A DNA stretch of 64,000 nucleotides from Chiloscyllium plagiosum. Lineage: Eukaryota. Of the stretch, positions 24,796 to 37,500 are shown piece after piece (position 1 is the stretch's first letter; each line of letters begins with the position of its first letter). The translations under genes and the position numbers were made by a program. The notes beneath the pieces were generated by a model. The model was not told where the DNA came from. It ran no database searches and saw only the letters and a list, made by a program, of their open reading frames with translations. The DNA lies in contig NC_057752.1 in NCBI RefSeq assembly GCF_004010195.1, positions 1,255,036 to 1,319,035 of the forward strand, given 5' to 3'.

Positions 24796-25439
24796 CTCAA
24801 TTTTGTTTTGTCTCATTTCTACATTTCACCAAAGGAGTCAGCATTCTTCTTCCTACCCAACAGGAGACAGAGAGGCTGCAAGATCCATTTGGACATTCAG
24901 TGTTTGCATATCAGTTTAAAAGTCTTAAAGTAAAAAGGAGAGGGGCAGAGATTGAAAGTGATGAAGCCAGGGTGATGTGAGGAAAATCTTTCTCCCCCAG
25001 CGAGTAGTTAGGGTCTGGAATGTAATGCCTGGGAATGTAGGGGAGGCAGGTTCCATTGAGGCATTCAAGAGGGGCATTGGATGGTTATTGGCATAGAAAT
25101 AGTGAGCAAGGAAAAGGCAGGAGATTGGCATGAGCAGATGGAACCAACGCAGACACAATGGGCTAAATGGCCTCCTTCTGTTCAGTGATTTTCTGATTCA
25201 GTGGCTAATTTTCTGCTGAACTATAGAATAAGGATTGGAGGGTTTGAGTTAGGAGGGGCTGGGACTTTTTTTTCCCTGGAGTGTAGGAAGCCGAGGGTTA
25301 CCTTATAGGATGAGAGATTTCAAAACTAGGGGGCACATTTTTAACGTGAGAGGATATGAGGGGCATTTTTTACACAGACAGTGGTTTGTGTATGGAATGA
25401 ACTGCCAGAGGAAGTGGTGAATGTGGGCACAGTTACAAT

Positions 25440-25922
25440 GGATGTAGGTTTGCTCGCTGAGCTGGAAGGTTCATTTTCAGATGTTTCATCACCCTACTAG
25501 GTAACATCTTCAGTGAGCCTCCGAATGAAGCACTGGTGGTGTCGTCCGCTTTCTATTTACATGTTTGAATTTCCTTGGGTTAGTGATGTCATTTCCTGTG
25601 GTGGTGTCATTTCATGTGGTGATGTCATTTCCAGTTCTTTTTCTCAGGTAAATGGGATCCAAGTCAATGTGTTTGCTGATAGAGTTTGGTTGGAATATCA
25701 TTCTTCTAGGAATTCTTGTGTGTGTCTCTGTTTGGCTTGTCCTAGAATGGATGTGTTGTCCCAGTCAAAGTGGTGTCCTTCCTCATCCCTATGTAAGGAT
25801 ACTAGTGAGAGTGGGTCATGTCTTTTTGTGGCTAGTTGATGTTCATGTATCTGGGTGGTTTTCTGCCTGTTTTGTCCAATGTAGTGTTTGTTACAGTTCT
25901 TGCATGATATTTTGTAAATGAC
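25440..25922 (-). mobile_element. Penelope-like element 3' fragment: GIY-YIG endonuclease plus terminal repeat with hammerhead core
   Basis: Minus ORF VIYKISCKNCNKHYIGQ...IHEHQLATKRHD...GHHFDWDNTSILG (GIY-YIG); downstream CTGAAGA...GAAAC core; second terminal-repeat copy at 58955-59225. Confidence 0.85.
25476..25516 (-). ncRNA. Minimal hammerhead ribozyme motif (putative) in Penelope 3' repeat
   Basis: UCA-CUGAAGA-U-GUUACC-UAGUAG-GGUGAU-GAAA-CA-UC-UGA; stem I UCA/UGA, 6-bp stem II. Confidence 0.55.
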
Positions 25923-25924
25923 AT

Positions 25925-26490
25925 ACAAGAGGCATGTGGAAAATGTAGTCAATCTTTGTGGAAACGCAAGATGAATATTGATGGTAAGTTGAGAACCATT
26001 CATGGAGATCATGTGGACCCAGCATGGGATGAACCAAAACAAGAACACAATCTATGTTTTGATCATGAGCTCACACCCATCATGTGGACCGAGTCAGATT
26101 TCAGTGTCTGACATCTTTGAGAAACCTTTTGTGAACCGAAGCCAAAACCTGACTGTACACCAAATTACGCAGGGAGTTAAAAAGGCGTTGTAAGTCAGTT
26201 ACCAACTTGCTTTGTAAATGTGGTTCAGAAAAGAACAGGGTTAGTGTCATTTGTGCACATTTACCAAGTGTTGTACATTTGCTTTTCCCTGTTGATGCTG
26301 TATAGTGAGTGAAACAGAAAATAGTTACATTTAAACAAAAAAACATTTAAAAGGAGGGAAGCAATGTAATGTATTCATAGACAATGAGCATGCATAGCGT
26401 GCAAAGATGCTGTTAAATGTGTGAACTGACCATCGGGTCTGTGAAGTTTTATGTAACCTGTACAATAAATCAGCATTTTAAAAACCTACA
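25925..26490 (+). mobile_element. Possible Gypsy LTR-retrotransposon 3' remnant
   Basis: Frame MNIDGKLRTIHGDHV resembles a Gypsy integrase tail; purine tract aaaggagggaag (~26350) followed by tgtaatgt... and AATAAA at ~26464. Confidence 0.3.
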
Positions 26491-27954
26491 TTCTGGACAC
26501 ATGGAATGGGGGTGGTGGCTGAACTGAAAAGCAGAGGATGAGACTGAAATTATAGGCAATAACTGGACTACACCAGGCTAGCTAAGTAAATACCAACTAG
26601 GCCCCACAGCCGAGACCAGCACCAGGACGAAGAGGGCAGGATGTAGGAAACCCTGAAAACTGGCCCCACATCCGGAAGCCCCATTCCCTCCACCACCAAC
26701 ACTTAGCAGCAGTAGCAGCAGTGTGCACCACCTCCAAGATCCCCTGCAGAAATTCACCACTGATCCTCCGACAGCACCTTCCAAACCCACAACCACTTCC
26801 ACCTGGAAGGACAAGGGCAGCAGATACAAGGGAACACCACCCCCTGCAAGTTCCCCTCCAAGCCACTCACCATCCTGACTTGGAATTATATTGTAGTTCC
26901 TTCAGTGTCACTGGGTCAAACTCCTGGAATTCCCTCCGTAAGGGCATTGTGGGCCAACCCACATGGACCTGTCATGAATGGATTACAAAACAACTGATAC
27001 ATATCAAAATGTATCTAGTGACTGTTTTAAAGCTACAGTAAAGCAGGCCAACCAAAATGGCAGCTATCATCACGGGGACTGAGCAATAACCTTCAGGAAC
27101 CTTCTCTAAAGTCGATGTCACCCAGGAAGCTTGGTCACTTGACTCCCAGCGTGTGGAATCCCACTGTTTTTTTCAATTGGACAGTTTTGAAATAGCAGAC
27201 AGATTCGGGGGTCAGTGCTGCTCCAAACCACATCTACTGACAATATTAACAGCACTAACTCTGGGTGAGAAGTGAAAAGCCTATGGCCCGTAAAAGGTAG
27301 CCACAAACCTGCACTCTGCAAGCACAAACAAACTTGCTTTTGTCAAATCAATGAAGCAGAAGTTGCATTGCAGCAAAGTTTCCTCAGAATGCTTTGAAAG
27401 CGAGAACCTAAAACACTTCAACTGCTTGTTGTTAGCCAATCCTCCCGTCCTCCAGCAAGGAATTCTGGAATGCTAACTGCATCTTTGGACACCATCTTAA
27501 GAGCAAGCACATTGATAAGCTGGTATCCCACAGTTGTTTTGTACTTAAGTCTTTACTTATTGAATTGTCTCTACATCTCCTTGTGGGTTTGGAACTGTGC
27601 TTGTCTTGTGGGTGTCCCCCAGAGAAACAAACCAACTCTGCTTTTTAACTTGACCATTGTGTCGTTGTGGTCCGTGCAAAGTCAGAGCCCACAAGTAGAG
27701 GGAGTGCGGGAAATATGGCCCACTGTGTTTTTCTAACATGTTGAGAACTAAATAATCATCTGCTTATGGACAGGTGATGAGAAGAGGGAGAGAGATTTGT
27801 TTTATAACCCTCAGTCTGTCTGCAATTACAACAGTTGGCCATGACCTTCTCGAGGGCAGTAGATGCCAGCTTAGCCAACATGCCCACATCTAACAAATAA
27901 ATCAAAACTCCTCTTGTGCAATATTACAGGAGCTCCCATCCTCTGCCTGAGAAA

Positions 27955-28450
27955 TTATAGGAAGGATGTTGTGAAACTGGGAAAGGTACAGAAAAGATTT
28001 ACAAGGATGTTGTAAGGTTATAAAGAGAGGCTGGATTGATTGGGACTTTTTTCCCTGGAACGTTGGAGGCTGAGGGGTGACCATATAGAGGTGCATAAAA
28101 TCATGAGGGGCATGGATAGGATAAATAGACAAGGTCTTTTCCCTAGGTTGGGGTGTCTAAAACTAAAGGGCATAAGGTGAGAGGGGAAAGATATAAAAGG
28201 GACCTAAGGGGAAACATTTTCACGCAGAGGGTGTTGCATGTATGGAATGAACTGCCAGAGGAAGTGGTGGAGTTTGGTACAATTATAACATTCAAAAGGC
28301 ATCTGGATGGGTCTATGAATAGGAAGGGTTTAGAGGGATATGGGCCAGGTGCTTGCAAATAAGACTAGATTAATTTAGGATATCTGGTCGGCATGAACAA
28401 GTTGGACCGAAGGGTCTGTTTCCGTGCTGTACATTTCTATGACTGCATGA
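27955..28450 (+). mobile_element. CR1 LINE 3' fragment
   Basis: RGERYKRDLRGNIFTQRVLHVWNELPEEVVE and family tail. Confidence 0.88.
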
Positions 28451-30394
28451 CCCATGTCTCTATGACCCTAGCTAACAGCTCGACAGCACATGGAACTGTA
28501 TATAAAGTCAGAGTTGACGCAGTGCTGAGCATAGAGATTGTTTAAAGATGGACTGCATGGGTAAATATTGCAATTGAACAAACAAATGTAGGTGCAAAAC
28601 AAAAGATTAGGAGGAGGAAGAAGTTTAAACATCACTGTGAGAAACAATAATACCTTGCTGAATGCAAAAGTGCGATGTTTCTACTCTACGCCCACAAACT
28701 TTAAAACAGAACCGACGATGTGCACTATTCTTAGATAAGCTGTTTGTGAAAACTCTACAGGTGTCCCATCCAAGTCTGGGGACTGTTTAGGCTGGGTGTA
28801 AAAGCCTTTGAGCCACTTGGCTGTAATTGCTGTTTGTCGGAGGGTCGTTTTGAGGAACAGAGCGTTGCAGTAACTCAAAGGAAACCTATGTTCCCTCTGA
28901 GTCTCCCAGCTCACATCACGGTGCAGCTAAAGCTGAGACAGGACATTTGGAAGGGACGTAGTTAAGGAGTCAATGGCGCCAACCTTGTTGCCATCGAGAC
29001 AGAAAGATGCAACAGTAAGTCTGCACAGTGATGCTGAGGTGAAGTGAGACTCGGAACAAGTGAGCCCCAACATCAGTCCAGTCAGTGGGGGATTCAGGAC
29101 CCCATTCAACTCAAACTGGGCCATGCCACTTCTGAACCAGTCAGGGTTAGCTCAATCTGGATCAAATCGCCAATAAAAGCCAAGTACTGAAGGTGCTGGA
29201 GATATGAAAGGAAAATGGAAAGTGCTGGAGAAGCTCAGCAGGTCTGTGGAGAGAAAAGCCAAGTTAATGTTTCGAGTCCAGTGACTGTTCTTCAGAGTCT
29301 GCGTCTTGAGGATGTAAGGGGCTATCTGGTTTCATAGATGGAATCCCACTGCTGCCCTCAATAGCCTGTCTGTCAGAATATGGTTCCACACAAGGGTATG
29401 TCAAGCATTGAAATGTAAAATAAGGAGCAGGAAGAGGCCATTCAGCCCTTCAATCCTGCTCGCCCATTCAATCTGATCATGGCTGATCATTCAACTCAGT
29501 CCCCTGTTCCCGCTTTCTCCCCATATCTTTTGATTCCTTTCTTCCTAAGAAAATCCTTAACTCCTTGAAAACATTCAATATTTTGGTCTCAACTTCTTTC
29601 TGTTGCAGAAAATTCCCAGCCTCTGACCTGCTCTTGCAGCCACTGTGTTCATGTGGTGAGTCCAGTTCAGTTTCTGCTCAATGGTAACCCCCAGAATGTT
29701 GTTAGTCGGTTGGGGGGGGGGGGGGGTTCAGTGATGGTAACGCCATTGAACGTCAAGGGAGCGATGGTTCGCCCAAACATGTTTCGATTCTATCCAAAAA
29801 TCATTTCTCAATTCAGAGGGGCAACACAATAACAGTGCGAAAGGAGGGAGGATTCAGGGGCGAGGCTGAAGCGAGAACCTCTGGAAGGCCCTGGAGTAAG
29901 TGGAGGGGTGGGTTGGGAGGGGCACAGAGACCTGTTACTGGGGGTGCGGCAGGCAGTGGAGAAGGGGAATGCAAGTTTTGCGCTACTGACTCATGTGAGG
30001 CTACATTTTCCAAGCGATTTCGCGCCAACAGGAGATCCTATGTGAAAAGGAAACAGTCGGGGGCTTTTGATTAAATTGCACAATAAATTATCATCGAACA
30101 GTGAGGAATGAGCAGCTGCAAGAGCGGGGATTAATGTTTAATGTAGCGCGGCGATGAGCATCCTGTATCACAAATGGAAAATGAGTTGAACCTATGTCCT
30201 CGGGTCAGACGACTGCTGCTGCCGGGAATGGCTGTATTTCTTCAGAGATCTCGAAGGCCACTTGACTTCGAACCCCAAGTCGCGCTGTGGCTGCGGGAAG
30301 TAACAGAATGAGCTTTGATTCTGAAAGAAGCAAAATGGTGTGTAGCCTGCCCCATCAATCTTCAAAGCTAGTTGCCGCTCACAAGCAGAGCCAC

Positions 30395-30408
30395 GTTGCC
30401 ATGGAAAC
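30395..30408 (+). promoter_or_regulatory. RFX X-box GTTGCCATGGAAAC
   Basis: One mismatch from the palindromic RFX site GTTGCCATGGCAAC, in non-repeat sequence. Confidence 0.45.
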
Positions 30409-31124
30409 AACAAGCTGCAGGTCATCCAGGCCTACACCACTCTTCATGTGCACTCATCTTGAAAGGAGATGTTGATGACAATTTAAATGATATAATCAGA
30501 CCCACTTTGCGTGGTTATACAGAGAGGAGTGTTGCTCTCAATTGATAATTAGATAGTGCGCGAGCAATTACAATTTGCTTTTAATCTGTTTATCCAGAGC
30601 AGTGTTCAATTAGACAGTAATGAACTGGAAAGGCTGGAGGATAATGAAATTAAAACTGGTACATCAAATGGCACCAGCAGGCATGTTAACCCATTCAGCG
30701 CAAGCTGGTACAATACATGCGTGTTGGAACCTGGCAGCAGTGGCTGGATACTCATTCATTCTAGATCATGGCTAATCTTCCACCACAAGGTATCATCCTG
30801 AGTTATCCCTATCTCACTTGCTGCCTTTAATCTCTAGAATTCTCCATCTTAAAAGTAAGGTATCATAGTCCCGCTCTCTCATGAGAGGGAGCTGACTCTT
30901 AGTGGGTTTAACCTGAGGGTCACCACAGCTCAGGAGAGATTCAGAAGGAGAGCCCTCCATGATATTCTCAGCTGGTGTGGCAAATGAACCCAAGTTGTTG
31001 GCATCACTCTGCGTTGCAAAGCAGTTGTCCAGCTAATCAGCTCTCTCCTATAGGCGATGACTGAACACCCACTTCCCTCCAGGGCAGAAAATTCCACAAA
31101 GATTCACCTCCATCTGAGTGGAGA

Positions 31125-31250
31125 AAGTGAGGCCTGCAGATGCTGGAGTTCAGAGCTGAAAATTGTGTTGCTGGAAAAGCGCAGCAGGTCAGGCAGCATC
31201 CAAGGAGCAGGAGGATCGACATTTCGGGCATAAGCCCTTCATCAGGAATC
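31125..31250 (-). mobile_element. Penelope-type terminal repeat with intact hammerhead catalytic boxes
   Basis: Minus strand GATTC-CTGATGA-A-GGGC-TTAT-GCCC-GAAA-TG-TC-GA. Confidence 0.7.
31214..31250 (-). ncRNA. Minimal type I hammerhead ribozyme motif (putative)
   Basis: CUGAUGA and GAAA boxes around a 4-bp stem II hairpin, followed by a GUC triplet. Confidence 0.55.
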
Positions 31251-32169
31251 CATCTGAGTGAAAAGGAATTCTTCTCCTGTCTGTTTCAAACTAGGACTGA
31301 AAGGAGCCATCAGTCCAAGCATGGTTTCAGTTCCAACAGCAAGTTGAATCTTTTTCTTGCAATGAGCTAATGTAACAGAGTGCCGGAGAATACGAGGGAC
31401 TGCAATGTGAAGTGTCATTTTGTATCGAGGAGTTGATGCGACATGAGGGCAGTGTTTTAACTGAGTTCCAATCGAGTGTATCTCTGAGCAGGCTCTGATC
31501 TGCTCCATGTTACAACATTGCAGCGTGGGCCATCAGTCACACTAATGGAACTATCGACATGTAGCCTGTCCTGGCAATTACGTCTTCAAATACACTGCAC
31601 CTCTCAGTAGACAGTGCCAAACCAAATAACCCGGAGCCTCACTGCACACTGTGTGTCGGATGTACCTTCAGCTGCCGACCTCAGCTGTTCAATTCCTTCC
31701 CTACAGCTCCCTGTCTGCTGCTGGCAACCTGCCTCAGTTTGACCGAGTGTTCCGACTTGCTCGCCTGTCCTCCTATCACCTTCGATGTCAAGCTTTGGTC
31801 CCAGCAAGTTCCAGTGGAAGAAAAGGTGCTACATCAATGCAAGTTGGCATTGCTCTCCAGCTGCCAGTACTCTTTCAGACCTTGGTACTTGTGGTGACGT
31901 GGAACCCGCATTCAAATTCTTGCCAGCATTCATCGCCCGTCTCCTTGCTGCCCAGGAACTGAGCAGCTTGCTCAGCCATTTCAGGGGCCAGTCACGATTC
32001 AACCCCATTGCTGTGTGGGTCTGCAGTCGTGTGGAGGCCAGCCTGGGTAAGGGTGGCAGTTTCCTTCCCTAAAGGGCTTTGGTGAACCCGATGGGGTTTC
32101 TGCAACAATCCATGATAATTGGCATGGTCACTGTTGCTGAGACTAGTTTATATTCCGCATTTAGCAAGA

Positions 32170-32615
32170 CCAAAAGACAATGGGAGCCAAAATAGGCCAT
32201 TCAGCCCATCAAGCCTGCTGAATGAGATCATCCTCAACCCCACTTTCCTGCCTTTTCCCCACACACCCTTCATTCCCTTCCCTGATTAAAAATCTCTGTC
32301 TCTGCCTTGAATATACTGAATGACCCAGCCTCGATAGCCCTCTGTAGTAAAGAATTCCACACATTCACTCTCCTCTGGGTGAAGAAATTCCTCATCTCGG
32401 TCTTGAGTATGCGACCACTTACTCTGAGATGATACTCTCTGGTCCCAGACTCTCCCACAAGGGGAAACAACCATTCCATATCTCCCCTGTCAAGTCCCTC
32501 TAATAATCTAATAATCAGGTCACCGCTCATTCTTCTAAGCTTCAATGAGTACAGGCCCAACCTACTCAACCTCTCCTCATAAGACAGTCCCTCCATCCCC
32601 AGGATCGGCCTGGCT
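32170..32615 (-). mobile_element. CR1-type LINE 3' fragment
   Basis: MEGLSYEERLSRLGLYSL...FFTQRRVNVWNSL. Confidence 0.85.
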
Positions 32616-33317
32616 TTAGTTGAATTTGAAGTCCACCAGATGCCGAGGTGGGGATTCGAACCCATGTCCCTGGAGCATTGGGCTGGCTTCCGGATTGCGA
32701 GCCATTCTCCCATCCCCACCAGACTTGCTCGATATCCACTCCTACGCAGAGCTGGAAGGCTGTCTGCTCTGGCTGTGTGCCTATCCCGATCTGCTCCACA
32801 CTGCCTTCCGATTGGCTTCAGGCAGAGGGAAATCCAGGAAAAGCTGGGTCATGGAGCACCCTCCTGTGGCTGATTGTGCTGAGGAAGTGATGTCACAGAC
32901 GCAGTACCCATTGTGGTTCCCCGCTCAATCGTGGCATTGCAGGAGGAATAGGTCTCTTGGGCTCAACTGGGCATCAGTGTGTTCAGGGAAAACCCAACCA
33001 CGTCCTGGGACCTTGTGTTATCATCAGACAATCCAGTGCAAGATCACTGAGATGGAAGTGACTGGTGCAAATAAGTTGTCAGCTCCATCTTCAGCGAGTC
33101 CCATCACTTTCTCCTTTCTCCTGTGACAGGAATTGCACTGGCTCACCACATTCTGGGCACTCTCCTACAGAGGAACCTAGGAACAGGAGAGGCCATAGAG
33201 TCTGTCCTGCCATTCAATGGCTTATCTGTGGCCTAATTCTATATACCAGCCTTTGACCCACATCCCTTAATAGCTTTTGCTGAACAAAAATGTATCTATC
33301 TCAGGTTTGTGGAAGGG

Positions 33318-33450
33318 GTTTCGGGCAAAAGCCCTTCATCAGGGCTTCAGCATTCCTGATAAAGGGCTTTTGCCCGAAACATCGATTTTCCTGCTCCTCG
33401 GATGCTGCCTGATTTGCTGTGCTTTTCCAGCACCATACTCTTGACTCTAA
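33318..33450. mobile_element. Inverted pair of Penelope terminal repeats
   Basis: Arms 33318-33343 and 33355-33380 are reverse complements with 1 mismatch. Confidence 0.7.
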
Positions 33451-33919
33451 CCAGGGTTTAGTCTAACTGCAGCATAACCTCTGCATCCTTATACTCTGGT
33501 CCTCTCAATATAAGAGACAAGCATTCTCTTTGCTTTCTTGAATATTTCCTGCACCTGTTCGAGGTATTTTGAAGATCTATGTGCCCGAACTTCCAAGTCT
33601 GTCTGGACATCCACTGTATTTAACTCCATCTAGAAAGTACCTTGATCTTCCTTTGTCCAAAATGGCTAACCTACAAACATCTCCCTCAATTAATCTAGTC
33701 AGCAAGAGGCAACTTCACTCAAGGAGGCAATCTCTGGCTAGCCAGATGTCTCCAACTGTAATCCTTTCTGCTTGTCTCAGCCTTAAGCTCTGTCATTGTC
33801 TCTCTAAAGCAATCCGCCACTCTGTCTATCTCCCTCCTTTCAAACTTATCACTTTGACTGAGTTGTTGATCACCTATGATATCACCTCATGTCACTCACG
33901 TGAAGCATCCTGGGATGTT

Positions 33920-34770
33920 TTTTAATTTGATTTATTATTGTCTCATGTACCTAGGTACAGTGAAAAGTTTTGTTTTGCGTGCAGTCCAGGCAGACCATAC
34001 AAAGTGCATTAGGGTTATAGAACAGAGCGAGGAATACAATATTACTGCTGCAGAGAAGCTGCACAAAGAGTGAGGTCAATATTAAATGTAAAATTTGAGA
34101 GGTCCAGTCAGAAGTCTGATTACAACAGGGAAGAAGCTGTTCTTGAATCTGGTGGACTGTCTGTTTAAGCTTTTGTATCTTCTGCCCAATGGACGAGGTT
34201 GGAAGAGATGATAACTGGGGTGGGGAGGGGTCTTTGATGATGTTGGCTGCCTTCCCGAGGCAGTGGGAAGTGTAGATGGAGCCAATGGATGGAAGGTTGG
34301 TTTGGGTGATGGACTGGGTTGTGTTCACAACTCTCTGTAGTTTCTTACGGTCCTGGGCAGAGCAGTTGCTGTAGCAAGCTGTGATGCGCCCTGATAGAAT
34401 GTTTTCAATGGTGCATCTACAAAAATTGGTAAGTATCACTGTGGACACGCTGAATTTGCTTAGCCTCCTGAGAGAGTAGAGACATTGTTGTGCTTTATTG
34501 ACCGTCACATCAACATGGGTGGACCAGGACAGATTGTTGGTGATCGTCACTCCCAGGGACTTGATGCTGTCGACCCTCTCCATCTCAGCTCCACTGATAC
34601 AGACTGGGGTGTGCCCTCCACTCCCCTTCCTGAAGTTGATGACCAGCTCCTTGGTTTTGCTGACGTTGAGGGAGAGATTGTTGTCTTTACACCACACCAC
34701 CAAGCACTCCATCTCTTTCCTGTACTCTGTCTTATCGTTGTTTGAGACCCAGCCTACAACGGTGGTGTTG
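33920..34770 (-). mobile_element. Rex1/Babar-clade LINE, 3' portion
   Basis: WCKDNNLSLNVSKTKELVINFRK...LGVTITNNLSWSTH...KAQQCLYSLRRL...STRFKNSFFP. Confidence 0.88.
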
Positions 34771-35569
34771 TGTCATATTACGCAGGAAATAGAAGCACGG
34801 GGCTAGGCCTTTCGGCCGCGCAAGTCTGCTCTGTTGATCTTCTAACTGCATCATCATCCTGTGTCATCCCCATATCAATCCCGTATCCCTTGATATCATT
34901 AATATCGAGAAATCTCGGTCTTGAACATACTCAATAATTACTGCAAATGCTGGAATCTGTACTGAAGCCAACAAATGCTGGAGATCACAGTGGATCAGAT
35001 AGCATCCATGGAAAGAGAGCGAGCTAATGTTTCAAGTCTAGATGACTCGTTATCAGAGCTGAAGAGATGTCAGTAATTCCCTTCCCCCACTGGGATATAA
35101 CCTCCACATGTCCACCTGACCCCTAGTATCTCCCCCTTGTCCTCAATATAAGCCCAGCCATGTTTTTAAAATTCATTCATAGGACATGGGTGTCACTGGC
35201 CAGCCCAGCATTTATGGCCCATCCCTAATCACCCAGAGGGCAGATGGGAGTCATTGCTGTGGGTCTGGAGTCACATGTAGGCCAGACCAGGTAAGGATGG
35301 TAGTTTCCTTCCCTGAAGGGCATTAGTGAACCAGATGGGGTTTTCCCCAAAATGATTGAAGTTTTAATGAATTCAAACTCCACCACCTGGCATGGCATGA
35401 TTTGAACTGGGATCCTGGGAGTAGTAACTGGGTCTCTGGATTAATAGTCCCGTGATAATACTACCAGGTCATCACCACCTAGTGGGGCTAGAGGGTGCTG
35501 CAGCCAGCTTCAATGCCGTGTTCACTGCTGTCCACTTGGCTCATGACTGAGAGCGACACGCTCTCTCTG

Positions 35570-35880
35570 GGTCATTCCAAACCTCTGCTGCTCATGTCCG
35601 AACTATCAGTAAGCCTTAAGTCCCCTCTCACCCCTGTGCTCACTGACCTATATTAGCTCCCTGTTCCACAACATTTTGATTTTAAAATTCTCCTTCTTGT
35701 TCCCAAATCCCTCCATGGCCTTGCTCCCCACTCCCTACCTCTGTAGTCTCCTCCAGCCCTCCATGAGCCTCAGATCTCCGTGCTCCCTGAATTCTGGCCT
35801 CCTGAGTATCTGTGATTTGAATCGCTCCATCATCAGCGGCCTTCAGTTGCCTAGGCCCCAGCTTCGGGATTCCTGCTTCA
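35570..35880 (+). mobile_element. L2 LINE 3' fragment
   Basis: Decayed SPLTPVLTDLY-LPVPQHFDFKILLLVPKSLHGLAP-PYL, the L2 C-terminal motif. Confidence 0.75.
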
Positions 35881-36859
35881 TCCTCTCTGCCTCACCCTCC
35901 CTCGGTCCTCATTTGCAATGGAATAGAATGCTCTCTGTGGAGTAAAGGACATTGAGGGCAAATTGAACAGAGGTGATTATGATTGAGGTGACAGGTTTAT
36001 GATTGGGTTTAGATGTGGGAGATAAAGAAAAGCTGTTCCCATGAGCTGATGGTACAAGGATTCGGCCACACATATTGAAGGTTTTGGGCAAGAGGTGCAG
36101 GGGATAAATATCAGGACCAACTCTTTCATTGTGAGTTCGCAATGATACAGAATTTTCTGCCTATAAAGTGATGACACTGAACAATCTCAAACAGAGATTG
36201 GAGCTACCCTTTGAGGGAAATAGACCACCGTGGACAGAATGGGTAATTGGATTGCCCCATGGAAACCCAGCATGGGTCTGATGGCTCGAATAGCCTCGTG
36301 GGACTACCTCCCTGGCTAAATGAAGGAAAAGATGTTTCTGGGTTATTAGGGGTTATGCTGGGAATTAGCCCCTCAGACAATGAAGCTTGCTGCACTGGAG
36401 TATAACCCACACAATAAATTCATGGTTCAATGGCCTTCCCGTCATTTTGCACAGCTAAGCCATATTTGTCAATTTGTTCCATTTGGTAACTTCACTGTCT
36501 AGCAGAGTAGAAGTGTTAGAGGAAGTACAATAAGTGATTATATTGCCCAATATTTCTTCCTCAATTGCCTGGCTCTGCAGGTCTTCACAATTCCCTTGAG
36601 CAACATATTGGGTAATCAGTGAATGATAATCTAATCAGTCACTGGCTTTTTACAAAAGTTGTGACATCCCTTCTCAGGGAAGTGGGTGTTGTCCATCCCA
36701 CAATGCCATTAGAGAGGGTGTTCCAGGACTTTGACTCAGCGACAGTAAAGGAACTGCGATACATTTCCAAATCAGGATGGTGTATGGCTTGGAGGGGAAC
36801 TTGCATGTGGTAGTGTTCCCATGTATCTGTTGCCCTCATCCTTCTCAGGATATATGAAA

Positions 36860-37500
36860 GGCAATAGAATGTAATGTATTGTGAGGGGAACTGAATGCAA
36901 GACCAGAGAGGGTACACTTTAGTTATACAGGACATTGGAAAGATGGCACCTGGAGTACTGTGTACAGTAGTGGATTCTGTACTGATGGAGGGGTGTTAAT
37001 GCATTGGAAGCAATTCAGAGAAGGTTTGCTAGACTAATCCCTGGAACAGGTGGATTGCCTTATGAGGAAAGGCTAGACAGGCTAGGCCTCTAGCCTCTGG
37101 GGTTTAGAGGAGTCAGAGGTGACTTAATTGAAACAGATAAAATCCTGAGGGGACTTGACTGGGTAGATGTGGAAAGGATGTTTCCTCTAGTGGGAGAATC
37201 TAGAATTAGGGGTCATTGTTTTAAAATAAGTAGTTGCCCATTTAGGACGGAGATGAGGAAACATTTTTTTTCCTCTCTGAGGGTCGAGAGTCTTTGGAAT
37301 TCCCTTCCTCAAAAGGCAATGGATGCAGAATCTTTCAATATGTTGAAGGCAGAGAGAAGTAGATTCTTGATGACCAAGGGGGATGAAAGATTATCGGGGG
37401 ATATGCAGGAATGTAGAGATGAGGTTAAGATCAGATCTTATTGAATGGCAGAACAGGCTCAAAGGGCCGAGTGGTCTACTCTTGTTCCTTGTTGGTATGT
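36860..37500 (+). mobile_element. CR1-type LINE 3' fragment
   Basis: MERMFPLVGESRIRGHCFKI...SLWNSLPQKA; reverse copy at 62880-63430. Confidence 0.85.
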
